NCBI GenBank assembly: GCA_013239625.1
Contig: MU053557.1
Location: 1,371,063-1,435,062, forward strand
Direction of reading: 5' to 3'
DNA: 64,000 nt
From: Lama guanicoe
Taxonomy: Eukaryota
The notes beneath the pieces were generated by a model. It ran no database searches. It saw only the letters and a program-made list of their open reading frames with translations, and had not been told where the DNA came from. A program made the translations under genes and the position numbers. This document shows positions 37,524 to 51,144 of the stretch, in pieces (the first letter of the stretch is position 1; every line of letters begins with the position of its first letter).

Positions 37524-39117
37524 CTAACATGGGGCCCATGACACCTGGAAAGAGAGTTCCACTCATGGGACTCAGGGGGCCCCTTAAACACTCTGAAAAT
37601 ATATGCCTACTTTTTTGCTACGTGTGTGTTCTTTCTGGGGGAGGAAGTTTACTTTTCAAGAATTACTTAAAAGAGGTCTGTGACCCCAGTGTGGTAAACA
37701 AACACTCCTGTAGGATGTCAGCTTCAGAGATCTCGTCAGATCTGTTTGAGCACTGCGGTCAATACAATGACGCCACAGCCTGCTGATTACTGATCACTAT
37801 GACAGATTCTTGAGCAGTAAAGGCTCCTGCAGGCCACCCTGTCCGATCCCTTTCCATCCTTCTCCCTGGCCCAGGCTGGCTCAAATGGCAAGAACACCAG
37901 CGGCGGTACTCTGCAAGTCATGTCCCTAGGCCCTGGAGTGCTGAAGGAAGGCTTCCCATACAAGGTGGGGCTTGAGTTGAAAAGTGGAAGAAAAGCCTAG
38001 AGTCAGTGTGGGCTGGAGTAGGATGCTGTGTACCATGGGTAACCTTTGGTAGTAGAGGATATTATTTTAAGTTAAAACACAGATGCCCTTTATAAAATTG
38101 TAATAGTTCTGTACATATTTTAATGTATATTAGAAAAATATAGGTATTATAGTGAACACAGTGTGATTATATTGATATTAAAGCTTAGTACATAGCTCTG
38201 GTAGGTATTTATGTTTTTTTAAGTGAGTCAAATACTCATATTCACACATAAATGTCTTAAGAACATAGCTGCAATTCAGACATGGCAGAATTAGGACAGT
38301 GGAACATGCACAGCTGAGGTTTCAGAAACAGAGGAGCACAGGTGTTCAGGCATTCCTGGAAGGGGAACTTTGTCCCAAGTCATGGAGGCCAGAACACATT
38401 TGGAATATTCTAGAGATAGGAGAGTGAGTCATTTTCCTGAAATGGATGAATGGTCATTCCATGTGGCCCCCTGAAGTTCCCTGGAGACGTCAGTGCTGAG
38501 AGGAAAGTGGTAAATCAGTGTTCCTTGGCAGTATTACCACGCATGTTAATTTGTGTAGAAGACATACAGCCATTCCTTCCATTCTTCAATTACTCAACAA
38601 AAGTAATAGAGACCCTCCTATTTAACAAAATTTTCCTTCCCTAGCTGCTAAAGGAAAGTGTGTGTAGAGGGCGCAAGCCTTACACCTAGGGTGACCACCA
38701 GATTTTAGGACAGAGAGACTGATGGACTGACACCTAAGCTCCACCCTCTTCTTGTTCTGTAAACATACCAAGTGCTTTTACAGGGAATGGTCTTGCACAT
38801 GCCTTGATCTCAGCCTAGAGTGCTTCCCTCCTTCCCCTGCCCCGCTACTTCATGTGTCTAGCTCCTTCTCAAGCATTGGTCTCAGCAACACTTCACCCCC
38901 TCAAAGAGGCTTTCTAATCACCAGTTTTAGGCTGGGATACTCTTTACTTAGTAAGTAACTGTATTAATAATCATCTTGGGAAAAAGTCCTTTTTGCACAT
39001 AAAAGCATTTTGGTCAGGGTGAATAAAAGTAGGACCTTAATGTACACACAAGTATTCAATTCATTTGTCCAACTGTAAAATATCATTGAAGATTGCTTTA
39101 ATAAAATGAAAGTTTAA

Positions 39118-39786
39118 TTCTGTGACTTTACTGGGTGCATTCATTAGTTCTAACAGGTTTTTGTTGAAGACTGTAGGGTTTTCTATATATGGTATCATGT
39201 CATCTGCCAATAGTGATAGTTTTCCTCCTTCCCTTCAAATTTAGATGCCTTTTCTTTCTTTTTCTTGTCTGATTGTTATGGCTAAAACTTCCAATAAAGT
39301 GGTGGTAGTGTGCATCTTTGTTTTGTTCCTGAATTTAGAGAAAAGGCTTTCAGCTTTTCACCACTGAGTATTATGTTGGGTGTGCATGTGTCATAAATGG
39401 CCTTTGTTATGTTGAAATACGGTCCCTCTGTACCCAATTTGATGAAAGTTTTTATTATGAATAGATGTTGAATTTTATCAAGTGCTTTTTCTGCATCTAT
39501 TGAGATGATCATGTGATCTCTGTCCTTTCTGTTGATAGTGTGGTGTATCACATCGATTAATTTGTGAATACTGAACCATGCTTGCATCCCTGGAATAAAC
39601 TCTTCTTGATCGTAGTGTATAATAACCCTTTTTATTATATTGTCAGATTCTATTTGCTAATATTTTGTTGAGGATTTTTGCATCTATAGTCATCAAAGAT
39701 ATTGGCCTTTAATTTTCTTTTTTTGTAGTGTCTTTTTCTGGTTTTGGTATCAAGGTAATGGTGGCCTCATAGAATGAATTTGGGAG
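39118..39786 (-). mobile_element. Inverted 5' segment (ORF2 RT region) of a twin-primed L1
   Basis: ORF 39282-39587(-) [26 protein letters not shown] is L1 RT; it abuts a plus-strand L1 at about 39786. Confidence 0.92.
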
Positions 39787-41630
39787 ATTAATATACAGAA
39801 GTCTGTTTCTTTTCTATACACTAATAATGAACTGTCAGAAAGAGAAAGTAAAAAACTAATCCCATTTAAAATCATATCAAAAAGAATAGAATACCTAGGA
39901 ATAAACAATCAAGGTGGTAAAATACCTATACATAAAACAGACATACAGAGAGCCCAGAAATAAATCCATGCACCTACGGTCAGTTAATCTACAAAAAAGG
40001 AAGCAACAGAACATGCTTGGAAAAATGGTAAGCTACATATAAAACAATTATACTAGAACATTTCTTCACATCATATGAAAATTAAGCTCAAAGTTGATTA
40101 AAGATCTAAATGTAAGACATGAAACCATAAAAATCCTGGAAGAGAACATAGGCAGAACACTCTTTCAAATAAACTGTAGCAGTTTTTTTGGATCAGTTTC
40201 CTAAGTCAAAAGAAACAAAGGCAAAAATAAACAAATGAGACCTAATTTAACTTGAATCTTTTGTGCAGCAAAGGAAACCAGGGTCAAAACAAAAACACAA
40301 CCTACTGAATGGGAGAAAACATTTGTAAGTGATATGACCAATAAAAGGTTAATATCCAAAATACATAAACAGCTCATACAGCTCAATATCAAAAAACAAA
40401 CACCACAATCAAAAAAGGGGTAGACAACAGGCACATGGAAAAATGCTCAGTATCGCTAATTATCAGAGAAATGCAAATCAAAACTACAGTGTATCACCTC
40501 ACAGCAGTCAGAATGGCCATCATTCAAACGTCTACAAACAATAAATGCTGGAGAGGATGTGGAGAAAAGGGAACCCTCCTACACTGCTGGTGGGAATGTA
40601 AATTAGTGCAGCCACTATGAAGGACAGTATGGAGGTTCCTTAAAAAACTAAAACTGGACTTACCAATATGATCACATGTATGTTCATGTTTGACTGAAGC
40701 ATTATGCTGTACACAAGAAATTGACAGACTGTAACTGACTATACTTCAGTTAAAAAGGGGGGGGAAGCAGAAAATCTGAATAGGCATTTTTCCAAAGAAG
40801 ACATTCAGATGGCTACAGGCACATAAAAAGTTTCTCAATATCTCTAAAATGCAAATCAAAACCATAATGAGATATTATCTCACACCTGTCAAAATGGCTG
40901 TCATCAGAAGTCTACAAATAACAAATGTTGGCAAGGATATGGGGGAAAAAAGAACCTTTTGTACCTTGTTGGTGGGAATGCAAATTGGTGCAGCCACTAT
41001 GGAAAACAGAAGTTCCTCAAAAAACTAAAAACAGAACTACCATATAACCCAGTGTTACACTTCTGGGTACACATCCGAAGAAAACAAAAACACTAATTTG
41101 AAAAGATACATGCACCTCAATGTTCACAGCAGCATTATTTACAATAACCAAGATACGGAAGCAGCCTACTTGTTTATCAGCAGATAAATGGATAAAGATG
41201 TGTGTGTACACACTAGATTGCTACTCATCCATAAAAAGAAATAAATTTTGCCATTTGCAACAACGTACATGGACCTAGAGAAAACTATGAAAAAAGTCAG
41301 ACAGAGAAAGACAGATAATTCTGTTATCACCTATATGTGGAATCTATAAAATAAAACAAAAGAAAGCATATAACAAAACAGAGCCAGACTCACAGAAAAC
41401 AAACTATTGGTTACCAGTAGGGAGACAAGAGAGGACAGGGGAAAAGTTGGGGATATGGGATTGAGATACAAACTACTGTGTATAAAATAGACAAACAACA
41501 AGGCACAGGGAAACATAGTTTGTTTTGTAATAACTTTAAATGGAGTATAAACTCAAAATATTGAATCACTATGTTGTACACCTGAAACTAGTATAATATT
41601 GTAAGTCAATTATATTTCAATTAAAAATAA
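39786..41630 (+). mobile_element. Sense 3' segment of the same L1 (deleted ORF2 end plus 3' UTR) carrying a nested L1 fragment
   Basis: gattaatatacagaa..; ends tgttgtacacctgaaactagtataatattgtaagtcaattatatttcaattaaaaa. Confidence 0.92.
40425..40756 (+). mobile_element. Nested, internally deleted younger L1 fragment
   Basis: ORF2 C-terminal block ([35 protein letters not shown]) fused at about 40673 to a 3' terminus ..agaaattgacagactgtaactgactatacttcag; flanked by aaaaagggg on both sides. Confidence 0.8.
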
Positions 41631-42439
41631 GTTTAAGACTAGAGAGAACTTTGATAACCCAGTATGACTGCTGATTCAAGGTTAGCAGGGCAGGAGGGAA
41701 GATACCAAAGGCATGAGAACAAAGACCCTGACATTTTCCCATTACACAGGTGTTCTCAGAGGCAGAGGTTTATGTATTCTCAACTCAGAAGTGGATTATA
41801 GCAGCATATTCCAAAGCCACACTCACTGCCCTCTCTGAGCATCCAGATGGCAATAGGCTGAGCATGGCCGGTTGCCCACCTTGTCGAGCATCTGCCAATC
41901 CCAACCATTGTTTCATCATGTTCCTGCTTCCCTTGAATGTTTAAATTGAAGCCTCTTAACTTGACTTGAAGGCAAGATCACATGCAATATGAATGATGTT
42001 TGGATGGAAGCTGTGATTCTAAATAAAATGGTATCAGAATTATCCCCTCCAAAGTTATACACACAGAGGTATTTTAGGAGTTTTAAAAATTTTAATTGTG
42101 GCTTCAAAGTCCCTTTCAAATGTCAGAATTAATTCGTTCCTTGTTAATTATGTGACTGAGGCAGAAAAATAGCTGAATGCTACTGGTTCTGCGACCTTCC
42201 CAACTGACTATACAGGCAGAGAATTGGTTTCACTAGTAAACAACGATGTCATAAGAAAAAAACCCCACAACTTTCATACCTATTATCCTTGTAAACTGGG
42301 AAGACATCTGCCTTTCCCTGCCTCCTTCAAAACACAGGCAGATGGAGGTCTAAATTACAGCATCCTAGGAATGTATGTTCTGAATTCTCTTGTCCCGAGT
42401 ATGTTGGCAACTGGAGCCAAGAACCCTTATGAAGTTCAG

Positions 42440-42960
42440 CCCAGTAATCCTGTTCTAGAAATCTTTCCTAAGGAAATAATTAGAGTTACTATGAGGTTGT
42501 TAGCAATGATAGTTATTTTATTACTATACGTAAGAGTCAAAACGTAAAAGCAAAATAAGTCTTTTAAATAGAGAAATGAATACGTAAAATATTCAGTTAT
42601 TAAAAATCATAGATTCAGATATTTTATAGTGTTTTAGTCTGCTAAAAAATCAATGATTAAAACTGGACAGTCTAATTTTGTAATAGTATGGGCTAAGTCT
42701 GATCTGTTTATCACCAAATTCCTCATATTTAGAAAAATGCCAGAAACAAAGAAGTTTCCTCCTTCCTTCCTTCCATAATAATTATAAACTAGTGAATAAA
42801 GTAATGAATACATGAATAGTATGCTGCATTTATCAATAAAGAAACAAAAGACTGGAATAGACTCCAGCAAAGTATTAATAACAAAGTGTGGGATCTCAAG
42901 TGATTTTATATTTTTATTTCAAGTATTTCTGTGTTTTCTCAATTTTCAATGACTATGTAT
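42440..42960 (+). mobile_element. Old L1ME 3' fragment
   Basis: cccagtaatcctgttctagaaatctttcctaaggaaataat..gtgattttatatttt. Confidence 0.6.
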
Positions 42961-43112
42961 AACCTCCATTAAAAGCAAATTTTGAGACATTAAGGAAACT
43001 TAAGTTGTTACTCTTCAACTCTTCTACAAAGTTTGAACAATTGCTTCTATCTTGGATTTTGTTCATAAAAGGGATATTTTGGAAAATGAGTGATTTTATT
43101 TTAATTTTTTGG

Positions 43113-43143
<31 letters not shown>

Positions 43144-44821
43144 GAAGTATAGTCAATTTACAATGTTGTGTAAACTTCTGGTGTACAGTACAATGCCTCA
43201 GTCATACATGAACATACATATTTGTTTTCATATTTCTTTTTCGTTGCTACAAGATATTGAATATAGTTTCCTATGCTATACAGCATGAACTTGTTGTTTA
43301 TCTCTTCTATATATGTGTCAGTTAGTATCTGCAGATCTCTTAACTCGCAATTTATCCCCTCTCACCCACCTCCCCTCCGGTAACCAAAAGTTTGTTTTCT
43401 ATGTCTGAGAGTCTGTTTCTGTTTTGCAAATAAGTTTTTTTTTATTCCACATGTAAGTGATAATATGGTATTCTTCTTTCTCTTTCTGGCTTATTTCATT
43501 TAGAATGACAATCTCCAGGTCCATCCATGTTGCTGCCAATGGCATTGGTTTATTTATTTTTTATGGCCGAGTAATATTCCATTGTATAAATATACCACAG
43601 CTTCTTTATCCAGTCATCTATCGATGGACATTTAGGTTGTTTCCATGTCTTGGCTATTGTAAATAGTGCTGCTATGAAGGGTGCAGGTGTCTTTTTGAAT
43701 TAAGGTTCCCTCTGGATATATGGCCAGGAGTGAGACTGCTGGATCATATGGTAAGTTTATTTTTAGTCTTTTGAGGAATCTCCATACTGTTTTCCACAAT
43801 GGTTGCACAAAACTGCATTCTGACCAACAGTGTAGGATGGTTCCCTTTTCTCTACACCCTCTCCAGCATTTATTGTTTGTGGACTTTTGAATGATGGCCA
43901 TTCTGACTTGTGTGAGGTGATACCTCTTTGTAGTTTTGATTTGCATTTCTCTGATAATTAGTGATATTGAGCATTTTTTCCTATGCCTACTGGCCATTTG
44001 TATGTCTTCATTGGAGAATTGCTTGTTTAGGTCTTCTGTCCATTTTTAGATTGGGTTGTTTGGTGGGTTTTTTTTTTTTTCAAGCTGTGTGAGCTGTTTA
44101 TATATTCTGGAAATTAAACCCTTGTCAGCTGCATCTTTTGCAGATATTTTCTCTGACTCTGTAGGTTGTCTTTTTTGTTTTGCTTATGGTTTCCTTTGCT
44201 GTACAAAAGCTTATGAGTTTAACTGGGTCCCATTTGTTTACTTTTGCTTTTTTTTCTATTGTTTGGGTAGACTGCCCTAGGAGAACATTGCTGAGATTTA
44301 TGTCAGATAATATTTTGCCTATATTTTCTTCTAAGAGACTTATAGTGTCTTGTCTTATGTTTAGGTCTTTAACCCATTTTGAGTTTATTTTTGTGTATAG
44401 TGTCAGGGAGTGTTCTAACTTCATTGATTTATATGCAACTGTCCAGTTTTCCCAAAACCATTTGCTGAAGAGACTGTCTTTACTCCATTGTATGTTCCTG
44501 CCTCCTTTGTCAAAAATTAATTGACTGAAAGTTTGTGGATAGATTTATTTCGGCTCTCTATTCTGTTCCATTGATCCATATGTCTGCTTTTGTACCAATA
44601 CCATGCTGTTTTGATTACTGTAGTTCTGTAGTATTGTCTCAAGTCTGGGAGATTTATTCCTCCAGCTTCGTTCTTTTCCATCAGTATTGCTTTGGCAATT
44701 CTGGGTCTTTTGTGATTCTGTATAAATTTTAGGATAATTTGTTCTAGTTCTGTGGAAAATGTCCTGGATAATTTAATAGGGATCGCATTAAATCTGTAGA
44801 TTGCCTTGGGCAGTATGGCCA
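43113..44821 (-). mobile_element. Relatively young 5'-truncated L1 (about 1.7 kb) with a (TA)n-converted tail
   Basis: Long ORF2 frames 43632-43997, 44125-44424 and 44517-44820 ([45 protein letters not shown]); (TA)14 at 43113-43140. Confidence 0.95.
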
Positions 44822-45680
44822 AGAAAATGGATGAATTTAGAATGTTTTTTTGATCTTTGGAGGGTAACTGTAAACAGAGGCTGCAGTGCACCAGCCTCAC
44901 TCTGATGTTGTCCTCAAGAAGATCACACGCTCTTGGGCAATTTGAAAGGAGTCCATGTAGAACTTAAGAGAACTCATCCTGGAGGAATTCTCAACTTCAT
45001 AAAATAATAAAGGGCCCAAGTTTTCTTTTTTTTAAGTAAATAATATCCAGTTTTTCTACTCTTCCCCATCTTTGCCTTTGTGTTTTAAGCTTTTTCAAAA
45101 CCGAGTAATTTTAGATTAGGTATTTTACTATTAATAGTTCAGATTTTGAACAAAATGCTGATTTATATTTAGACACAACCAGTTTCAAAATATCAGCACC
45201 ATTCTATAAATGTATCTCTTTCAGTGATTGTTACTCATATTTACTTGTTTTTTTTTAAATGAAGACTTTGTTTTGCTTTTTTTCTCTCAATCTCCACGAT
45301 AATCACCTTGATAAGAGAGCATAAAACAGGAGTTGAGTTCTTCTCTGTTACAGCTCTCTATCCAACACCAGCTGTGTGCAACAAATTAGATATGCTGTGG
45401 CTCTGCCTTGATTTGTGTTTTCAATAGGACCCATCGGCCTAAATGGATTACTGATGTAAATTCTACAGTAACCATGTGGCAACATGGAGAAAAGTAGAGT
45501 AGAAAGAAAAAGTAATAATAAAGTCCTATTTGCAGCAAAACTTCACGGAGGTTACCAGCTAAGGGAAATACTGCATCTGAAACCCAGAAGTACTAGTAGA
45601 GAAATTCCACATTGGCTACATAGCTGGAAAAAAAATGAATCTTCACCACAAAAAGAACAGGAGCTGTAATCCTGGGTATG

Positions 45681-45733
45681 GTGTGTGTATGTGAGTGTGA
45701 GTGATGAGTGTGAGTGTGTGTGTGTGTGTGTGT
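45681..45733. repeat. (TG)n/(TGAGTG)n microsatellite
   Basis: gtgtgtgtatgtgagtgtgagtg..tgtgtgtg. Confidence 0.85.
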
Positions 45734-48700
45734 GGTTGCGGGGAAGAAGAATGATGCTGAAGACCTTGGAAATACTGTAAGTAGGCATGAGTTCTTATCC
45801 TCCTGACCTATAGGAAGTAAGAGAATTTCTAGTGAACACCAGACAGCAAGTTCGGCAAGGGATTGATGGAGCTCAGTCTTTTCTTAGAGGCATAGTGCAA
45901 GTTGGTCTCAACTCATTCTTGGCCTCATTCTTTATTTCTTTCTTCTTCCTTCTTTCCTCCTCCTCCTCCTCCTCCTCACTTCTCCTCAAACAAACCTCAT
46001 CCATCTCAGCATGAATACACATACACTGAACCCACTTATTGCCTGTCTGGAGTTTTCTCCTTCATAAATATCTCACACAAAATCCTATCTTCTCTGAGAG
46101 CATCCTTTTGAGAGCCTCTGCCCTGATTATCCCTATTATTTATTAACACCACCCCATATTTGACATTTACCTGTACTCAACTGTTTGCTAGTTACTTTTG
46201 CTTGGTCACGTAGATCCCTCTTCCCTACTGGATTTGGAATTTATGTAAACTTTTATCATTAATTATAGTCCAATATATTCTCTTATTTGTTTGTGTATCT
46301 GACCCACTGCTATGCTTGATTTCTTAAAGATGAATGAGTAGGTCTGATCCATTCCTCCATCTCAGCATTTACCAAGGGCTTTGCCCAGTAGTTACAGAAC
46401 TTAACCTCTATTGTATGAATGACTATTTCTTTCCATTTTAGATAAGAATATCTATCTGTGGGTATGTAGATTGTATGAACATGCTTCTCCTTAGTTTTGT
46501 CTGTTACTACCACTAGAAGCACCTTCTCAATGTCCATGCCACATAAGGTTGTACGTTCTTTAGGGCACTGAGATACTATCGAAAAAAACATATATATATA
46601 AACCGACAAGATATAGGGAACCTTGTTGACATCACGGCATCCAATGGCATTGTGAAAGCAAACAATGGAATATATTAAGACCAGCATTAGGAGTTTATTA
46701 TTATTAAACTTTATAGTCTCTGATTGTGATATTTTCTTAGTTCTGAGTCCAGCCATTTTCTGTCATAATCACCAATATCCATATTAAATAGTGAAGAAAC
46801 ATTGTCAGGAGAAGCAAGGTGAGCAAGCCTGCCAGTGAAGGATTTCCTTCCGATTTGGAGATTTCTGAGTTTTTATTCAAGAATCTTCTATTCTTCTGAC
46901 ACTCTTGGCAGACTGTCAGGTAGGACCCTCCCCTTGAGCACTGGAAAGTTTCTAGATGGACTCCAGCTCTCCTGGCACTTTGGTATTGATGTCTCGGGAG
47001 AGTACAAAAATTACATCACAGCTCCCAATTACAGCAGTAGACAGGGGACAGCAAACTTTCTGAGGCAAAAATAGAAAGTGGAGTATTAGTCTGTGACCCT
47101 GTTTAACTGACAGGCTGTTGGAAAACAAAGACGTTAAGCAGGGCAGGTCTGATTTCACACTCTCCCTTCATCTCCCCCGGTAACGCTGTCTACTGTCACT
47201 TGCTACCATTTTAAAAGGATAAAAATGTTTAAGTTCAAAACTGCAAGTCTCTTTACACAACATGGTGACAAACGTGTAGTTTGACTGAATTATTCACTTT
47301 TCAGCTAGTCATTTTGACAAAATAAGCAAGTGTCCAGAAATTATTGAACCTGGAGCTGAAAGAGAGTAAACATGATTTCAAGGTAACTTAACCACGCTGA
47401 ACTCTGTGTCCTCCCTCATCAGATGGAAATGATCCTACTTTTGCCACATTACTCAAGAGCTGTTCTGGAAATTAAAATGACAATATGGGCATGAGGGTGC
47501 TTTGGGATTTATTATGCACTATCCCCATGGAAGGCGACATTGCTACACTGAAACATGTAGTGGGCACACCAGCATCTATTTCGTCCCTCCCTCACTGTGG
47601 AATAGCCATGCAGTTTGGAGAGGATTTATCCAGCTCCAGCTCCAGCTCCAGAGGTGCACTGTCATCAGCAAAAGTCAATTTACGCTTGACATTTCTATGG
47701 TCACATGGATTGATTCAAAGGTTAGCATGTAATCTAAGTTGGCCCCATTGGACTAAATGAAATCCTTTTGTTAAGTGGTTGGAAGAACAGCACTGGCTGG
47801 CTTTCTGCCTCTCAGTCCCTCCTTCCTTCTCTCCCCCACTCCCCTTCTCTTTTCCCTCTCTCCACCTCTCCTTATTCATAGCATCTTTGGCTGCCACTTT
47901 GTGGCTGAACAGGAACCAGTATTAGGATGAAACAGACACCACAGGAGACAGTAAGATAAAAAGAATGGAAATAGGGTCAACCCTCTTGCATCATCACTTT
48001 TCAAAGCCTACCTTTGAAAGATATGCTTACTGAATATGCTTAAGTATAAGGCAGTAAGATTTTTAGTCCACCACTCAAAAAAGGAAGTCTCTCTCAGAAA
48101 AGAAAATGATGGCTTTTATTAGCACCCTAACAAGCCTTTCATATTACAGACTATTCTCATAAATACTTAATTTTGAAAATAAATTAATACTTTTTGAGTA
48201 AGTCATTTTAGCCTAAGACTCAATCAATGCTATCTTGGAGTGTACATAAAGGTTAATTGACTGAATTTGTTTTTTAAAGGAAAAGAAAAAAAGAACATGA
48301 ATTCAGTAATTATTCTTCAGAGGTATGATTCTGTAATTGAAAGTACTGAATGTCATTTTAAGAATTGTTTCACATTTTGAGGATCTATGCAATAAGTTAT
48401 ATTACTATAATGTATAAGTATTAATATATACACACAGTATAATATATGCAATATATACTATATATATATATATATATAGCTAGTATAATATGTATGATTT
48501 AAGGTGAATATAAGGTGAATAAGAAAAACAGCCATCAAAGCCATACAGTTAAATGCGTGTATCTTAGATAACATTTCCCTAACAGCAGACACAGATGCCA
48601 AAAGCACTTTGTCAGAAGCATGCAGCAGTCTAAACAGAGGTTAAGAATCATTTGCTCTGAGGAACTGTTAGAATGGTCAAACTTTGGTCCTAATGAGGGC

Positions 48701-49864
48701 AAAGGAGATGCATGTCCAGAGTTTAAATCAGGTGCTTCCATGGAAGATGAGATTGGAGAAAAGCTGTAGCCCAAATTAACAGATTACTATTAGAATACAC
48801 TATTTAAAATACATGTCATTACATTAATAAATATCAGAGGTAAACTTTTATGACTTGCACATAGAATTGTCTCTACATCACGTTCAGACAGCCATTTGCA
48901 AAGCCCTCTTTGGCTGCCGCGCATCTCCAGCTCTGAGAAAACCAAGGCGCAGAACACCAGGAGGCCACACAGGGTTGGTTGGAGCCCAGTATGTGGCATC
49001 AGGGACACTCAGGTCTCCGGTCACTCTGGGACCCAGGCACATTTCTCAATCCCCACAAGCGTCCATGGTAGCCACTTTATAAATAGGTATAAAAATCAAT
49101 TGACATAATGCAAGAGAAATGCTTAGCATAGCCTGGAACATCTTAGAGTCTAAGTATTTACTGAATAATGAAATGAGTGACTAGAAAGAGGAAGGGGAAG
49201 ACTATTCAAGTGCTTACAAGTGATTTCCTGTGCACTGGTGGCCTCTGAAGAAAGGTCATCTGCTTGTAAGGTCTGCAGGTGACTCCTCAGTGCAGCTGTC
49301 TAAAAATTTGTGTCAAGTTCATCCTCTTTTCATTGCGTTTTACCTTCTGGCCTAGACTACTAATGGGAACACCAGAATCTTTGCTTCCGAACATTTTTAT
49401 TTGACAGGCATTTCTAACCATAAATTTGGCATAGCATATGTTAGTGACATTTTGGAGGGATATTTAGTTAATGACTGTGAAGTCTTTGGAAATCTTTGGA
49501 TAAAACTGTCTCTTTAACCATCAGTTACTTTAATGGAAATATTCTTTTAGCAGATGAGTCCTTTTGAAGAATTTCTTTCTCTTTGTGATGTGAGTGTTTT
49601 AAAAAATGAATTTCTAGTAGAAAATGTACAGCTCATTTTATGAAATCAAAATCAGTTTCTTCCTGAATCCACTGTTCCACCTTGATGACAATCATCTGAA
49701 TTAAAAAATATGTGTAGTCTTAAATAAATGCTACAATGCTACAAAGTACAAGAATTCCTAAGATACAAGCAACTTAGCTGATCCTCGTATTTTGGATCGT
49801 TTAAATCACTAAAATTACATCGTTTTGTAACTAAGTATTTAAAGGAATGGATAATAAAATGGCA

Positions 49865-50110
49865 GTTAACACTTATTGGGTGCTCATGATATGCTAAGCA
49901 CTATTAAAAAAAAGCCTCTGCGTATTACCTCAGTTAAATATTAGAACAAGCCCATTAGATAGCATTTTTATTATTCCTATTTTATGAGTGTAAAAAGTAA
50001 ATTTTAGAGAGGGATGAAGTAACAGGCCTAACACCATATAATGGAACTAGGAGTTAAGTCAGGCCGCACGATACCAGAGCCCACACTTGGCGTCACCACA
50101 CTGCACTGGC
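49865..50110 (-). mobile_element. MIR SINE
   Basis: acttattgggtgctcatgatatgctaagcac..tattattcctattttatgag..agagagggatgaagtaac. Confidence 0.7.
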
Positions 50111-50284
50111 TACACTCTATTCAATAGAGTATACGAACTTTGTAGTATAATAGTACTTCATGCCAAAAATAAAGCATATTGGTCTGGGGATGTGCTCTGA
50201 AGAGCTCTGCATCTAATTCTATCTTCCAGTCTTTGCTCTGAGTGCCCTTCTTCCTTCTCCCCCTTTGTCCTTCCCTCCATGGAC

Positions 50285-51115
50285 ACAGCACCTATGTGCC
50301 AGGCACAGTGCCACGTGCCAGGTTACAGCGTAATTTGATGGATACACATTGATTGGAGAAAGAAACCAGTAAACAGACTACTATGTAAGCTGTGTAAAAC
50401 GTTATGCAAAAGAAAAGTACAAGTGTTTTTGCAGAGCTGTAGTTCTCAAAGTGTGGTCCTCAACTAGCAGCATCACCATCGTCTGGGAACGTGTTAGAAA
50501 TGCACATTCTCCAGCCCCACCCCAGACCGACTGTTGCATCAGAAACTCTGGGGTGGAGGCCAGCCATCTGTGTCTGTAAGCCCTCCAGCTGACTCTGATA
50601 CACTGAGCTTCAAGAGTCACGGCCTAGAACAAAGGCATCGGGTAGGATTTCTGAAGGTTCTAATGCCTGAGTTGAGTTTTGAAGGATAGGAATAAACTCA
50701 CTGGACAAAGACCATGTTCCGAGAAAGGGAAGCAGTATCGCCAGCTCCAGGGGTGTGGGGAGCATCCCCACAGCAGGGAATTGCAAGACATTCCATAGGA
50801 CTGAAGTTCAGTAGTCCTGGTGCAGGGATGGAGGGGGACATGTGGACAGATTCAGCTGGTTAAATGCAATAGATCAGATCATGAAAATTCTTGTAAGTCA
50901 TGTTGATGCGATTAAATCTTATCTTTACAGGAATGGAGCATCATTGAAGGATAGAATCAGAGAAATGTGCAGTAGGGCAAGACTGGAGGTAGGAAGATCA
51001 AGTAAGAGATTATGGCATAATCGTAAGTGAGGAACAGAGAATCTAAAATTAAAAAAAAGAAACAGCAGTGGAGGAAGAGATAAGAGGGGTATATTTTAGA
51101 GGTATTTTAGTAAAG
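50285..51115 (-). mobile_element. L2 fragment interrupted by MER5A
   Basis: gcacctatgtgccaggcacagtg; gagttgagttttgaaggat; gtagggcaagactggaggtaggaag. Confidence 0.65.
50438..50626 (+). mobile_element. MER5A hAT MITE
   Basis: gttctcaaagtgtggtcc..agcagcatcaccatc..gttagaaatgcacattctc..agaaactctggggtggaggccagc. Confidence 0.85.
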
Positions 51116-51144
51116 TGATCTTAATTCATTGGAAGTGGAGGATC

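Noticed and set aside
43082..43097. Possible TSD of the young L1 (gaaaatgagtgatttt versus gaaaatggatgaattt at about 44823)
   Set aside because: Too many mismatches for a young insertion, so it is not claimed.
43632..44900. Long ORF2-like frames as an active L1 gene
   Set aside because: The copy is 5'-truncated and frameshifted, with no EN domain, RT core or promoter.
46310..46756. 148-aa ORF, the longest in the track
   Set aside because: No recognisable homology, AT-rich composition and no convincing exon structure; compatible with chance.
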